Shown piece after piece: positions 47,570 to 60,340 of a DNA stretch of 64,000 bases; position 1 is the first letter of the stretch, and every line of letters begins with the position of its first letter. A program made the translations under genes and the position numbers. Origin of the DNA: Chara braunii (Eukaryota > Plantae > Charophyceae); assembly GCA_003427395.1 (NCBI GenBank), contig BFEA01000003.1:7661020-7725019 (forward strand), read 5' to 3'. Under the pieces are notes generated by a model that was not told where the DNA came from, searched no databases, and saw nothing but the letters and a program-made list of their open reading frames with translations.

Positions 47570-50500
47570 TGTTAACTATTTGAACACAGACCCTTCTAGG
47601 CTGCGGTACCACGGTTTAGTCAAAGGTAGACGTAGTGTGGCCAAAGGAACGGTCGGACTTCGTACGGAGGCTATCATTGCGATTAGGAGACTTGTCACGG
47701 TGTTGTTGCACCGCGTTCGCGTCATGGCTTGACTGTCTTGCTGCGAATCTGGCCGCAATTGCGGGGCCCTCAGTCTCATCGAGGAATCAAGGTCCTCTCG
47801 CGCGAGTCTGAGTGCACCTCCCTCGTATCTGAGAGACTTAACGCTTCTACCTTCTGTCCTTCTTGCTCCAAGTCTGCTCTGTTGGTTCTGAGAAGAAGTC
47901 GGCAGGCGGGATTCAAACCCGTAATCTATGTCAATGCCTCTGTGGCAGGTTCGCCCCACCGATTGCGGGAGCTCTATCGAAACGTAACCGAGGTTCTGGA
48001 GGCAGGGAACTGAGTGGTAATCATCATCTCCTTCTATAAACCCAGCTAAAGCCCTTACATCTACATCTTTCTATGGTTTGACTGAGTATATTGTCTGCAC
48101 CTCTATTGATTTTATGTTTAACTTTCATGACTTAAACCAGACTTAAGTAAAGGAATGCATGTGCAATCTCAGTTTCATTTTTGTTGGTTGTTTTAACTCA
48201 GATTGAGAAAGGGTTTTGCATTGGGGGAAGGTGGGAGGAAGATAGTTTTGCTTGCGATTGTCTGCATCAACCAAAGGTTGGGCTTAGTTTCTAAGTTGAA
48301 TGGTCCAGCGGTATGTTTATTTTTGACTGCCTGAAGAACAAGACTTTGTTCCTAAGTTGGATGGTCTGGTTACTTTGGTTTGCAAGGGTTGCATGTGTTT
48401 GTTTTTTTCAGGGACTAAGTTTTGTTTCTAAGTTGAATAGCTTGGTCGCCTTGATTTATTTTGAGATTTTTTGAGTGAGACTGGGCTTTGTTTCTAAGTT
48501 GAATGACCCGGTCTTCTTATGTTTCTTTATTGTTTCTGAGAAATGGAGTTTTATTCCTAAGTTGGATGACTCGAACTTATTTTTGTTTATTCTGAGGGAA
48601 TCAGACGAAGAACCAGACTTAGTTTCTAAGTTGAATGATTTGGTCTGGAGCCACGTACATATAGGAACCAAAGAGTAAATTCTATTATTATCATACAATA
48701 ACAGGTTAGTCATACTTTGTTTCTAAGTTGAATGGTCTAACTATAGTTTATCACAATGAAGAGAGTGTCAAATAGTAATTGATGGTAAGATGGGGCATGC
48801 TGAACTTTGTTTCTAAGTTGAATGGTTCAGTCTTATGCAACTTCAAAAAACTAAGAGCAAAAAGATAGATATAACCTGACTACTTTAAACAGCTCAGGGC
48901 GACTAGGCATTGTTTCTAAGTTGAATGGCCTAATTATATGCCCAAAGAAGAGAAAAGCAGTAGTGACTTGTGTTTGTGTATATTCAATTAAAAAACTAAA
49001 CTTTGTTCTTAAGTTGAATGGTCTAGCTCTATGTCTTATGTAAGTTGGGTAAAAGGGATAAACCATTGAAAGATCTGAACTATTGTTGACAGGTTCAACC
49101 TTGGGACTGAGTGAGAGTACTTACCATTTCGGATTGGACTTGCATGGGGCTGAGTGAGAGTTTTGCGTAGTCTGAGTTTCATTTTGATAGGTAGTTGTTT
49201 TATTTGCTCGCCACGTGCTAGAGCTATTGGAGTTAGTTCAATTCCTGCACTTTGTCAGCTAACGTTTTTTACTTAGGTCAATTCTTGTATTTTCTAGATC
49301 ATTTATTTTACTTGGCTTTGTATAAATTTTGAAAAGCTACTTTCTCTACGTAGGAAGCGCTGCAAAAATTTATACAAAACCAAAGAGTTAGTCAAATTTT
49401 GGTTTTTCAAAGTTCAACTTTTGTCCAAGTTTTATATCTGTCTCGGTAAAAATCTGAATTTTTTTTTTTTTAAGAGAAACTGCTGCCTAATTTTTTGTTA
49501 ATTTAAGGATTTAGACAAAATTTGACTTTGAGAAGTCAGAATCATTTCAAATTTTGTATTTAGCTTTGTATGAATTTTGGAATAACACCTCTCTAGGGGA
49601 AGTGTTGCTGAAATTTCGACAAATCTCAGGAGTTAGTTACATTTGGTTTCGGCATGAACTCAAGTTTTGCTTTGAGATCTTATCTGGCTTAGTATAAATC
49701 TGGAAAGTCTACTTCTCTAAAGGAGATGTTGCCCAAATTTTTACTAATTCAGAAAGCTGGACAAAATTTGACTTTCTAGTATTGGGGATCATTTCAGTTT
49801 TCATATTTGAGCAAATATAAATACCGATAAGGTACTTTTTCCACAGGAAGCACTGTCGAAATTTTCTTAGTTTAGAACAGTTAGATTATATTCCGATAGG
49901 GAAGATTTTGGCGATCCACCTTGTATAGGGGAGATGCCGCAAAAAATCTTACTTTCCTTGGACACTTGCTTAGAGGTAAACTTAGACGTCCTTATGAGAC
50001 GATTCGAGTGAGGCATGATATGAAAGTTGTCCTCCTTATACTTCTAAGCTTAGTTGGGAATTGATCTGTCCTTTGTTACAGGTCCTCGTTGAGCATTTTG
50101 ATTCATGATTGGAACTAGATTCATCTTCATCCCACGAGGATCATCTTCTATTATCACTGATAGCAGGTCAGTTGTCGATTCGTCGATTTACGATTCAACT
50201 CCAATTCACTCTCGCTACTCGACCTAAATGTTTTAGCCCTGTGGTTTGAACTGTTTCGGTGGGGTTTTAAACCTCGACTTTATTTAATGACCATTTAACA
50301 AAGATACTGAGTATTTTATTATGAAAGCTTGGACACAGGTTGGGGCTTGTGTGGCTAAAGTGAGGGGTATGAGGGCAAAGAGTGGTTGAAGTTGACCCCT
50401 TGTAGTGCATGGACTTCTGGTTGAATCTTTGATTGCAGGCATGTGTGTGGTTCAGACTTTGGATTTGACTACCTGCGATCACATACATGTGGTTGAGGGG

Positions 50501-51612
50501 AGTTTCACTGTGATTCTGATAAGTAATTGTCTCGTATTTTAACCCTTCACACGTATATATCTGTGTATATATTTCACGTGTCAACGCGACCTATCGCGAA
50601 CGCGCGTGAGGGTTGAGCTGATTTTGCATTTGAGAGAAAGGGAGATTCTCCTTTTACCCCCTTTTTTGCTTTTTAGAATAATCATAGTTGGACGTTGAAG
50701 TCTGTGGCAGCTGTCAAAGTTAAACCCTTTGACTCTTCTTCAAACCCTAGATGATGGAGCTCATCTCCAGGGCGATAAAGTTTGACTTCCACAACAGGTA
50801 GAAGCTTGTGTACCACCCACTCTCTGTGAGGTGCAAAAGAGAGTGTGGTTTTTAACCGCCTTGGCGATTGTCCGACGCTGAGAGATTAACCCCTCAAGGC
50901 GCGTGTCAGTCGACACTTGTGTGTCGAACACGACCCTCGAGATCATCGAGGGCCATGCGATTATGGGTACTACGTAGTACTCCATCGTTGCGACTGATTA
51001 CATATGTGTGCATGGCTAGTCGATATAAGAAAGTTTTGCGTTAGCATGGTTTTATTAAGAGTTTCGTGTGTGACGCCGAACCGATTTTTGTGTCAAAAGG
51101 TTATGGGTTAGATACTAAAGGCACTAGGAGTGTTTTGTTTTGTGTGAGTGATCAGACTGTTTTTTTTTTGCATGGTGTAACGCGTGGTAAGAAGGATGCG
51201 TTCTAGTCGATCGACGACAAGTCGCGCTCAGGACTTCAACCCCCTAATGCGTCGGTTCACGTACGGGTCCGATAAAGGCGTGGGACCGCTCGTACCCCCA
51301 ATGCTACAGCGTATGAGAAACGCCCTCGGCTGGGTCAGCTCTGCGATTGCAACTAATTAGCTTTCGCGGGTGGTTCAGTAGCTCGGCAGGGAAACGCCCA
51401 CCTAAGGGATGGCGACAGCTCCCGCAAGTGGAGGTAGGTTGTACCTTGCGTGACCCTATTCTATCGTAGGGATTTGCGAGAGTTATGGCTGACGCACTCG
51501 GCCGGAGAGGCGACGAAAACTTCATTTGCACCGCGATAAAGGATGAAGTCTTGCCACAAATCCTGTCTGACGCGGCCGGAAGGTTCCCCCTACGAGACTG
51601 ATACGCTCAACA
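47570..51612 (+). mobile_element. Putative ~4-kb LTR (TGTT...AACA)
   Basis: Starts TGTT after a PPT-like tract. Ends ctcAACA exactly where similarity to the paralog 52706-55102 stops. Confidence 0.55.
48278..49026 (+). repeat. Array of 10 interspaced hairpin repeats (core TTTGTTTCTAAGTTGAATG)
   Basis: Loop motif at 48291, 48352, 48428, 48494, 48557, 48626, 48723, 48813, 48916, 49009; period 61-103 bp; dissimilar spacers. Confidence 0.92.
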
Positions 51613-52617
51613 TTGTCCCCTCCAAAAAGAAAAGAAAAGGAAAAAGAAATGGAAAATTACAACCCGTCCAGGTGAAAAGAAAAAAAAAAGACGCAAACTT
51701 TTATTTTTTTAGTGCGTAGATTGGGTCGGATACGTAGCTGTAATTATTATTCGAAGAAAGGTATGTGCAACCTTCGTGGTGGGTGATGGTTTAAGCAGGT
51801 GTACCATATATCCAAGGTTTATGACGATATATGTTAATATCAGTGTGTAGGAGCGCACTATCGGGTGAGGAGAAGCGGTTGTAGAAGGTTTTAAGACAAA
51901 TGTCAATGGGCTTATCGGTAGGTTGGGTAGGGAGTGTTTTGATCATAGGTCAGCATGTTACATGGCCCGTAGAAAGCAAAAAAAAAACAGAAATCTGACT
52001 AGATGGTCGGCTTTTTCAAGAAGGAAAAAAAAAAAAGGAAGACAGCAGTTCGCGCAGTTGAAAAGAAAAAAAAAAAAAGTAACCCAGACGGCCCGCTAAA
52101 GAGGGATCACATTGTAATGATAAAGGTTTTTTATGGGTTGCAGGGAGTTTAATAATTTGATTTAGCATTAAAAAAAAAAATGGGAGTGAAAATGACAAAC
52201 TTCGACAATGGTAGTTGGTGGGATTTTATTTGTTTCGATATGACTTGATAAGGGAATTGTGGGGCATATGGTGGAGTGGACGGTTGTGTTTTGTTGGAGG
52301 GACTATAGACTTGGTCATGGAGGTTGGAAAAAAGTCTCTTTGTATGAATGGATATCAACGTCTGTTGGGATGGGAGATCGAGGGTCTTTCCTCCCCGATT
52401 CGTTGCTTGGAGCCCCCACAAGCTCGTGGTGATTACAACCTTTCTTTGCATGTCGTATCATCGTAGTCGTTGGGTTGAAATTTTTAACTCGAGGGTGACA
52501 AGAAAGTTCTGTGTATTTTTTGTGAGCGTGAGCTGAGATTTTTTTATGGTTGTAGGTGATGATGTTTGGATCGATTTGGGTATGTGGGAAATTGTTTACC
52601 GGATTCATGCACGAATA

Positions 52618-52619
<2 letters not shown>

Positions 52620-52706
<87 letters not shown>
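52620..52706. repeat. (TG)n(AG)n microsatellite
   Basis: Direct reading. Confidence 0.95.
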
Positions 52707-52709
<3 letters not shown>

Positions 52710-55102
52710 TTAGTTCAATTTTTGCATTTAGAAGTTGAATTTATTCTTTATATTTGGCTTTTATAATTTTGGAAAGGCACCTTCGCTAGGAGGAATCGGT
52801 GCCCACATTTCTTCAAATCCAATGAATTAGTCAATTGCATTTTGGAGTTGAGTTTATTCTTTATATTTGGCTTTTATAATTTTGAAAAGGCACCTTCGCT
52901 AGGAGGAATCGGTGCCCACATTTCTCCAAATCCAAGGAATTAGTCAATTTCTTTTTTTACAAAATTTCAACTTTTGTCTAAGTTACATATTTGACTTAGT
53001 AAGAATATGGGAAACCTACTTTTCTAGAGGAAGTGTTGCCCAAGTTTTTGCTAAATCAAGGAGTTAGACAAAATTTAACTTTATGAAGTCAGAAATATCT
53101 CTAGAATTCATATTTAACTTTGTATAAATTTTTTGAAGACACTTTCTCGAGAGAGAGTATTACTGAAATTTCTACAAATCTAAGGAGTTCGTTGAATTTT
53201 GTCTTAGCAGAGTTCAAATTTTGTCTGTGAATTCATATCTAACTTAGTATAAATTTGGGAAACTTTTGTTTATGAACGGAATGCTGCCCAAAGTTGTACT
53301 AAATCAGAGTTGACTCTGTAAAGTCAAAATTTATTTTTTTAATTCATATTTAGTTTAGTATAAAATTTGAAAAGACACTTTCTCTAGAGGGAGTGTTGCC
53401 GAAAAAAATTCTAGTTTCAACAGTGAGTTATATTACACTTTGAAAAGAAAAACGTTGGCGATCCACCCTGTACAGGAGAGATGTTGTCAAAATAATCCCT
53501 GATCTTTGGCATCATATAAAGTTAAGTTTAGACTTAGTTTTGTGAGAGGTTGGAGTGAGACGTGATATGGGGGTTTATTCTTCATGCACTTAAAGTTAGT
53601 TTTAGAAACTGATCTGTGTTGTGTAACTTGTCTTCTTTGGTAATTTCGATTCACGACCTGACTAGTCCCTACCCGATCCTACGAGGATTGTCTTCAGTTA
53701 TCTTTCGATAAGAAGGTCGGTTTACGATTCAGCTTCAAACTCATTCTAACGTCTCAAGCTAAGGCCTTAATCCCTATGGGTTAAATTGTTTCTTGGGGTT
53801 TTTACTTTGACTTTTATTAAATGACCATTAAAAATGATTAACCAGTTTATTTGGGAGGGTTGGACAACGGTTGGGACTTGTGTGAATAAGGTATGGGGTG
53901 TGAGTGTCGAAAGCGGTTGAAGTTGACCCCGTGTTCGTGGTCTGTCGATGTTGAATCTTTGTTGTGATTGCACATATGTTTTGTGAGTTGAAGTCCTGAT
54001 CTGACATTGTTTGTGATCATTTGTATATTTCAAAGGGGGTCACAATATAATTGTGAGAATGATTGTTTCGTGTCCTATAACCTCGTTATATTTATATTTT
54101 GTGTATTCGCGTTGTCTATGTTGATCGTGCATAAGATTTAGCAGATTTGTATCAAGAAAAAAGGGAGATCCCCTTTTGCTTCTGGTTTTTAGAATTTTTA
54201 TAGTTGTGCATTGAGGTCCGTGGCAGCTGTCAAAGTCAAATCCCTCTACTTGTTTCCAGACCTCCGACGATGAAGCCCCGTTCTCAAAGTCAGCGGCGTT
54301 TGGTCGGCACTGAGGGCGGAAACCCGCCTACCACTCCTCTCCGCAGTGTGCAGAAGGGGGTAGGTCTCGTAATCGCACTTGCGATTGTCTAGCGTCGAGG
54401 GATTAACCCCTGAGGACACGTGTCAACCGACACTTGAGTGTACAAAGCGACCCTCAAAATCGTTGAGGACCGTATGATTATGGGTAATACATTGTACACC
54501 ATCCTCGGAATTGCTTGTGTAACCATGCATGGCTAGTCGATATGACAAGACCTATGTTGCCGTGATATTTATTCAGAGTTTTGCATGCGGCACTCTCTTA
54601 TTTATCTCGTTAAAACGTTATGGGTCGGATGTATAAAAAAAAATAGGTGCGAATTATGTATGGAGTTTGGTTTATTTTTGTGAAATATATCGCGTGGTTA
54701 GATGGACCGTTCTAGCCGACTGACGAAGAGTCGCGCTTTGGAGATCGTCCTCGAGAATGTCGGCTCGCATATGGGTCCAATTAAGGCGTTCGACCGCACA
54801 TACCCCCTATGTTTCAGCGAACGAGAAACGTCATCGCCTGGGGCACCTTTGCGATTGCACTCGAGCAACTTCCGAACGTGGTTCGGTAGCTCGGGGGGGA
54901 TACACCTGTCCAAAGGGTGGTGTCAGCCCCTTGGGCAAAGGTAAGTTTTTCCTCGCGCGACCTCTATCCTGCCGTATGGTTTCGCGAGAGGTATGGCTGG
55001 CGCACTCGGCCGGAGTGGCGAACGGTCCTTCGCGATAAGATCCTGCAAAATCTTACGTGATGCGGCCGGAAGCGTCCCCCTGCAGGACCGATGCGGTCGA
55101 CA
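52706..55102 (+). mobile_element. Diverged, 5'-truncated paralog of 49230-51612 (LTR-like)
   Basis: Collinear anchors: gagttagttcaatt, ttggcgatccacc, gtggcagctgtcaaagt, gattaacccct, catggctagtcgatat, gcggccggaag; ends gtcgACA. Confidence 0.8.
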
Positions 55103-56751
55103 ACGGTGATGCACAACCAAAACTCAAGGCTACAAATGCATCAACACCGCATGCACACTCAACACTGCGCAGCAGCAACATGCACAATAATAGCTGCAGT
55201 TAGCCTTCCAATCTTTAAGGTCGTCTCATCGGGTGTCAATCTTGCGGCAACCAAAAGTTTGCTACAACCCCCGTAGCTAGTTGCAGTGTGCTGAACAGAA
55301 ACAACCTACATAGGGTCACCAACAACACAATAACTATGAGCAATGAGTGGTAAGTGTACTTAGTTCTTCTGACCCTCCCTCCTTCTAGTCCCCTCTCGTG
55401 CTCGCCCTTTCATGCTCTTTTTTTGTAATTTCACTCCCCAACCAATTGTATCCAACCTCTATTGTGCCCATCTCCGAGCAAACAGCGGGGCGCGAGGGAG
55501 ACAACGACCGACAAACAATTATGTAGAAGATCATGATTTCAAATGAGGTCCAGTATCGAGTGTTAGGGACAAATACGCGCGATCATAAATCCGGCCAGCG
55601 TAGTAAACCATGCCCATGCAAATAACATAAGGACGGAAAAAAAAAAAGCTCGCGAGGACGAGCTAGAGTACGTGGCCTACGTATCACGCTCCACGACTCA
55701 CAAAAATAAAGGTGTTATACGAGAATGAATCTTTTGCTAGAACATGGGAAGATACACCATCAACCTTATATTTTACTTTACTGTATCTATATAGTCGGGC
55801 CTCGCTCCCACATTTGGTCAATTTCCACCTTTGTTCGTCCCTATCCATTGTTCCGCTCTCCTTCATTCCGCTCACTTACCCATATGAGCAGAGGGAAGCA
55901 ACGAGGAGCAACGCCAAAACTGCATTGGCGGCTACGAAGTTTAAGCCCAAAGGCAAGCTGCATCAAAATTGCAACCACGACCAATAAAAATACGTTGATC
56001 TTCAGGGATGAACATGATGACCATGATTAAACACGAGCAATAGGAATTCAGGATGGCGTATGAGTAGATGAGCAGTATCAAGACAAACACGATCACCCCT
56101 ATCACGATGACGACAGACGAGTAGCAGGAGCACGATCATGATAGCGACCATAAAGAAGAGCACGGGCACGGGGCGAGCAATAGCGGCTTCGCCCCACTAC
56201 TTGCCAAATATGAAAAATGAGAATGTATCCTCCGCTATAAAATGGAGAGATACATAGCTTCCTTTCATTTGTCGAAAGCGCTTTGCGCGGAGCCCATAGC
56301 ATCGACAACGGCCAACCCAAAGCCCCATTCGCAAATCTGGCGCGCTCAATCCACTCGCAACGCTTCGAAACCCAAGTTAATATGTTCCCTCACTCAAATC
56401 CACTGGGAGATGAGTGAGATCTACCCTTTTTCTGCCCCTCGATGCTCGTTTTCACCATGCCCGCGCGCAGCCTCCGTTGCTCATGCCTCCCAAACGAGCC
56501 CTTTAGACGTGATTCCGGGTCCGTCATTCAACTCACATTGCTTAGAAACCCTGGATTCGTATCTTTGCTTGCTCGATTCCATCAAGGAATGAGTGAGACA
56601 TCCATTTATTGGCCCCGCCATATCCATTTTCCCTCCTCATCGTTGACCCCTCCGCCTCTCTTCGTCTTCCTCCTTGTACTCTCCCCTGTCGGTCCCTCGT
56701 CGTAGCGCGCATTCTCACAACTGCGCTATAAATTGTTCAACACTTTCATCT

Positions 56752-57085
56752 ATCTTGAAGAAAATTGTGGAGGGAACCAACTACTAGATGCTTTGACTAG
56801 CCTTTCGCATCTATACCCAAGTCCGGCGAACACTTTCTACGTCAGTATCGTCGCCAGCCTCCACTAGAGTTTCCTTTGGCCTTGCCTTGCTCAGGCATAA
56901 CTCACAACCTTTCAGGCCCCAATGGGCTTGCTCACATTCATACCTCGCACAACAGATTGTGGGGTGGCGGACGATATATCGATAGTGGGCCCCCGCCACT
57001 CAAAAGTTTATTTTGCCTCGTGACCGGATCGCCTACCAGCTCGCATGCACTTTGACTCATCAGTTCACATTTCAAGATTGACGAG
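56752..57085 (-). pseudogene. Degenerate LSU (25S/28S) rRNA fragment
   Basis: Reverse complement of LSU motifs: ggagggaacca.ctactagatg, ctatacccaagtc, cgtcagtatcg, gcctccac.agagtttcct, gctcaggcata. Confidence 0.85.
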
Positions 57086-57153
57086 ATAAAGGAACTATGT
57101 CAGTGTCCCGAATGCGCAGGAGCCCCAACCGGCCCCCCCCCCCCCCCCCCCAC

Positions 57154-57192
<39 letters not shown>

Positions 57193-58484
57193 CCCTTGTT
57201 CAGGGTCCTTGACTGGTGTGACAGCTTCCCACAGGGCTTTTATCTATTGCCCATTGCAAAATCTCGCCAATGCAGCTCATGCCGGCCACCTCACGTCCAA
57301 CATAGATGGCGACGACCTCGACCTCACGTCCAACATAGATGGCAACGACCTCGAGATATCCTCGACCCTGGGCAATTCAGGATTGTAGCATTTCACTCAT
57401 ATGCTTTCATTGAGCTCAGGTCTGCAACGTATGAGGGGTATACCGACTGCATCGGGCCCATTTGTTTAGCAGCCAATCCCAGTACTGACACCGGTACCAT
57501 GCCCCAAATGGGATTGGTAATGGGCTAAAAGGAGTGAAAAATAAAAATAAAATAATAAGAAAACGACACTTAGTGGGAGGGGAAAATAGCTGGCACCCCC
57601 TTGGTCCTGTCAATCGGATCCGCTGTCGGGACCCGCGACAAAACCAAAAGGGGATAGCCCCGCCAGACCTTCAACTCCTCGGTTTAAGCTTCATCGCTCC
57701 ATCGTCGTCAACCACTGGCCTCGACCGCCAAACCTGCCTGATGAAAGTCCAACAGCGTAACCAATAGTACTAAGCCCAAGGTTGAGATTCAACCCTCGCT
57801 AATTTCTATATGAACGGGTTTCACCCCGTATGCTGCCCCACTAACACACCCCAAGACCAGATCTTGGCGTACCGCCTAGACTTGCGTCTACCTCTTCTTC
57901 ACACATGTTGAGCGAAAGTCCTGGTCTTACTCACCGCCCGCCGTACGCGCCATCCATCACACCAAGGTCGTGCTTTCACCACTTTAGTTATGAAAGTTCA
58001 ACCTTTCTTTGGGCAAACCCCATTCGTGCATGCCTTTACCGAGGCTGCGAAAATCCTCTCTCCCACAGGCAACCCCTATGCGGTCCCCAAAGTCCCTTCA
58101 TTTAAAACAAAGATAAGCACTTGAGAAATATTTGTGGCACCGGCGGTCAAGCCTGATGCCGACCATAGGAATGCCGCCACCGAGCGCGCACACGCGCCAC
58201 AAAACGACGTATCAATCAAAGGAAAAAAACACTTCGCCTTAATTCAATCAAAAGCAAATAAAGTTTACCGACAAATGTGCCGGTTTTGTAACGTCAACAA
58301 GAAAAATCACGCGCGCCTCAAAACTGCGCGCCCACGCATTCTCTATTTTTCCTTTGAACCCACAGTGGGTCACAAATAGAAAACTGGCCGCAACTCACGT
58401 GGTGCACCCAATCCCGAATCCAAATTCATTTATGTCACTTATAAAAACCAAGGTGGATACCCATGTAAGGGTATTAGCACAGAT

Positions 58485-58533
<49 letters not shown>

Positions 58534-60303
58534 CATAAATTTTATGGTTCGGATTAATCCGTCATTGAGATTGATCTGTCTGAGTGAAGTTCTTATATAT
58601 ATTTGATAAAAAAAATAAAAAATCATGTTCCTATCCAACGTATATATAGTTTGGTTGACCTACCTCTTTCCCAGGTATCGATTAAGAAGTGTTAGCGGAA
58701 TTTCCAAGTTTCGAAATCGAATATTATATTATGAAATTTTTAGACGCAAGATATATTATGTGAAGTGGTTACATTGACGTAGATGATACATTCATGATAA
58801 CTTTCTTTCCATGCCCCGTAGGATGCTGACCGCCAAATCTTAAGAATTTTACCAAGAGATTGAGTCAAAGTAGAACTTAGTCCTTATGATCTTATGAAAG
58901 GAAAAATAACATATCGTTGTCGGGACAAATACCTTGCTAGGGTATTTGCTGGGGATTTTCAATGTCAGACGTTGTCCGACTTTTTTCGCGGAATTGAAGG
59001 ACTTGATGAGACCGACGTTTGCCAAGAGTTCATTTAAAGTAGCCTATGACCGAGAGACTGAATTTTTTCTGAACTTTAGTTCAGACGTTTGCGTCGACCG
59101 AAAGTAATGGCGGTAGTCGGCAGTTTCTAGCGAGCCGCAGAGAGGCGCGGATGTGGAAATACTAAAATTAGACCTATTATACCTAAAATAATGACCGACG
59201 ATTCAAGGCCTAATTAGACATAATAGAGTGGTCACGTGGGGTATGGGCCCCGACGTGGGAGGAATAGGAAACCTAATTTTTTATTATTTTTTTGGGCTGC
59301 GGGATTTGATTTTGCACCAAGAGCCGAGAAGCCGGCGGCGCGGCCTGCATGGTTGGGTGGCCGCTCAGGTTGTCTATAGGTAGTTGGCTACGAAAAGGGG
59401 GCAGGCAGAAGGGCTGCTCGTGATATACCAAGAGCAGCCGCTAGCCCAGTAGGTATCATACCAGACTTCCACCCTGCAGACACAAGAATCGAATCTGGAG
59501 CAGCCCTCTAGGTGAGGGCAGTTGGGTGCGATCGATTTCGGCCTTGCGATCTTCGAGATCGCGCGACTGAAATCAGTCGCGCCACGATTGACATGACCCT
59601 GTGCAAGGATGACACGCATAAGTCGTGAATCGGTCCAAAATGTTTTCCATTCTGCAGGGATTGAACTCGGGTCTGCCTTTCAGCAAACTCGTGGTTGGGG
59701 GGCCACGTGACGGTTGGGACCNNNNNNNNNNNNNNNNNNNNNNNNNNNNNNNNNNNNNNNNNNNNNNNNNNNNNNNNNNNNNNNNNNNNNNNNNNNNNNN
59801 NNNNNNNNNNNNNNNNNNNNNNNNNNNNNNNNNNNNNNNNNNNNNNNNNNNNNNNNNNNNNNNNNNNNNNNNNNNNNNNNNNNNNNNNNNNNNNNNNNNN
59901 NNNNNNNNNNNNNNNNNNNNNNNNNNNNNNNNNNNNNNNNNNNNNNNNNNNNNNNNNNNNNNNNNNNNNNNNNNNNNNNNNNNNNNNNNNNNNNNNNNNN
60001 NNNNNNNNNNNNNNNNNNNNNNNNNNNNNNNNNNNNNNNNNNNNNNNNNNNNNNNNNNNNNNNNNNNNNNNNNNNNNNNNNNNNNNNNNNNNNNNNNNNN
60101 NNNNNNNNNNNNNNNNNNNNNNNNNNNNNNNNNNNNNNNNNNNNNNNNNNNNNNNNNNNNNNNNNNNNNNNNNNNNNNNNNNNNNNNNNNNNNNNNNNNN
60201 NNNNNNNNNNNNNNNNNNNNNNNNNNNNNNNNNNNNNNNNNNNNNNNNNNNNNNNNNNNNNNNNNNNNNNNNNNNNNNNNNNNNNNNNNNNNNNNNNNNN
60301 NNN

Positions 60304-60340
<37 letters not shown>

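Noticed and set aside
48278-49026. Bona fide prokaryotic CRISPR array
   Set aside because: No cas genes, eukaryotic TE context, repeats vary in their stems and spacer lengths are too heterogeneous; reported as CRISPR-like only.
51304-51531. Conserved protein in the paired minus-strand ORFs (with 54698-54913)
   Set aside because: The similarity follows from DNA-level paralogy; stops are present and no domain was recognised.
54715-54740. Hammerhead ribozyme core (CTGACGA)
   Set aside because: No properly placed GAAA or stems; not conserved in the paralog at ~51205.
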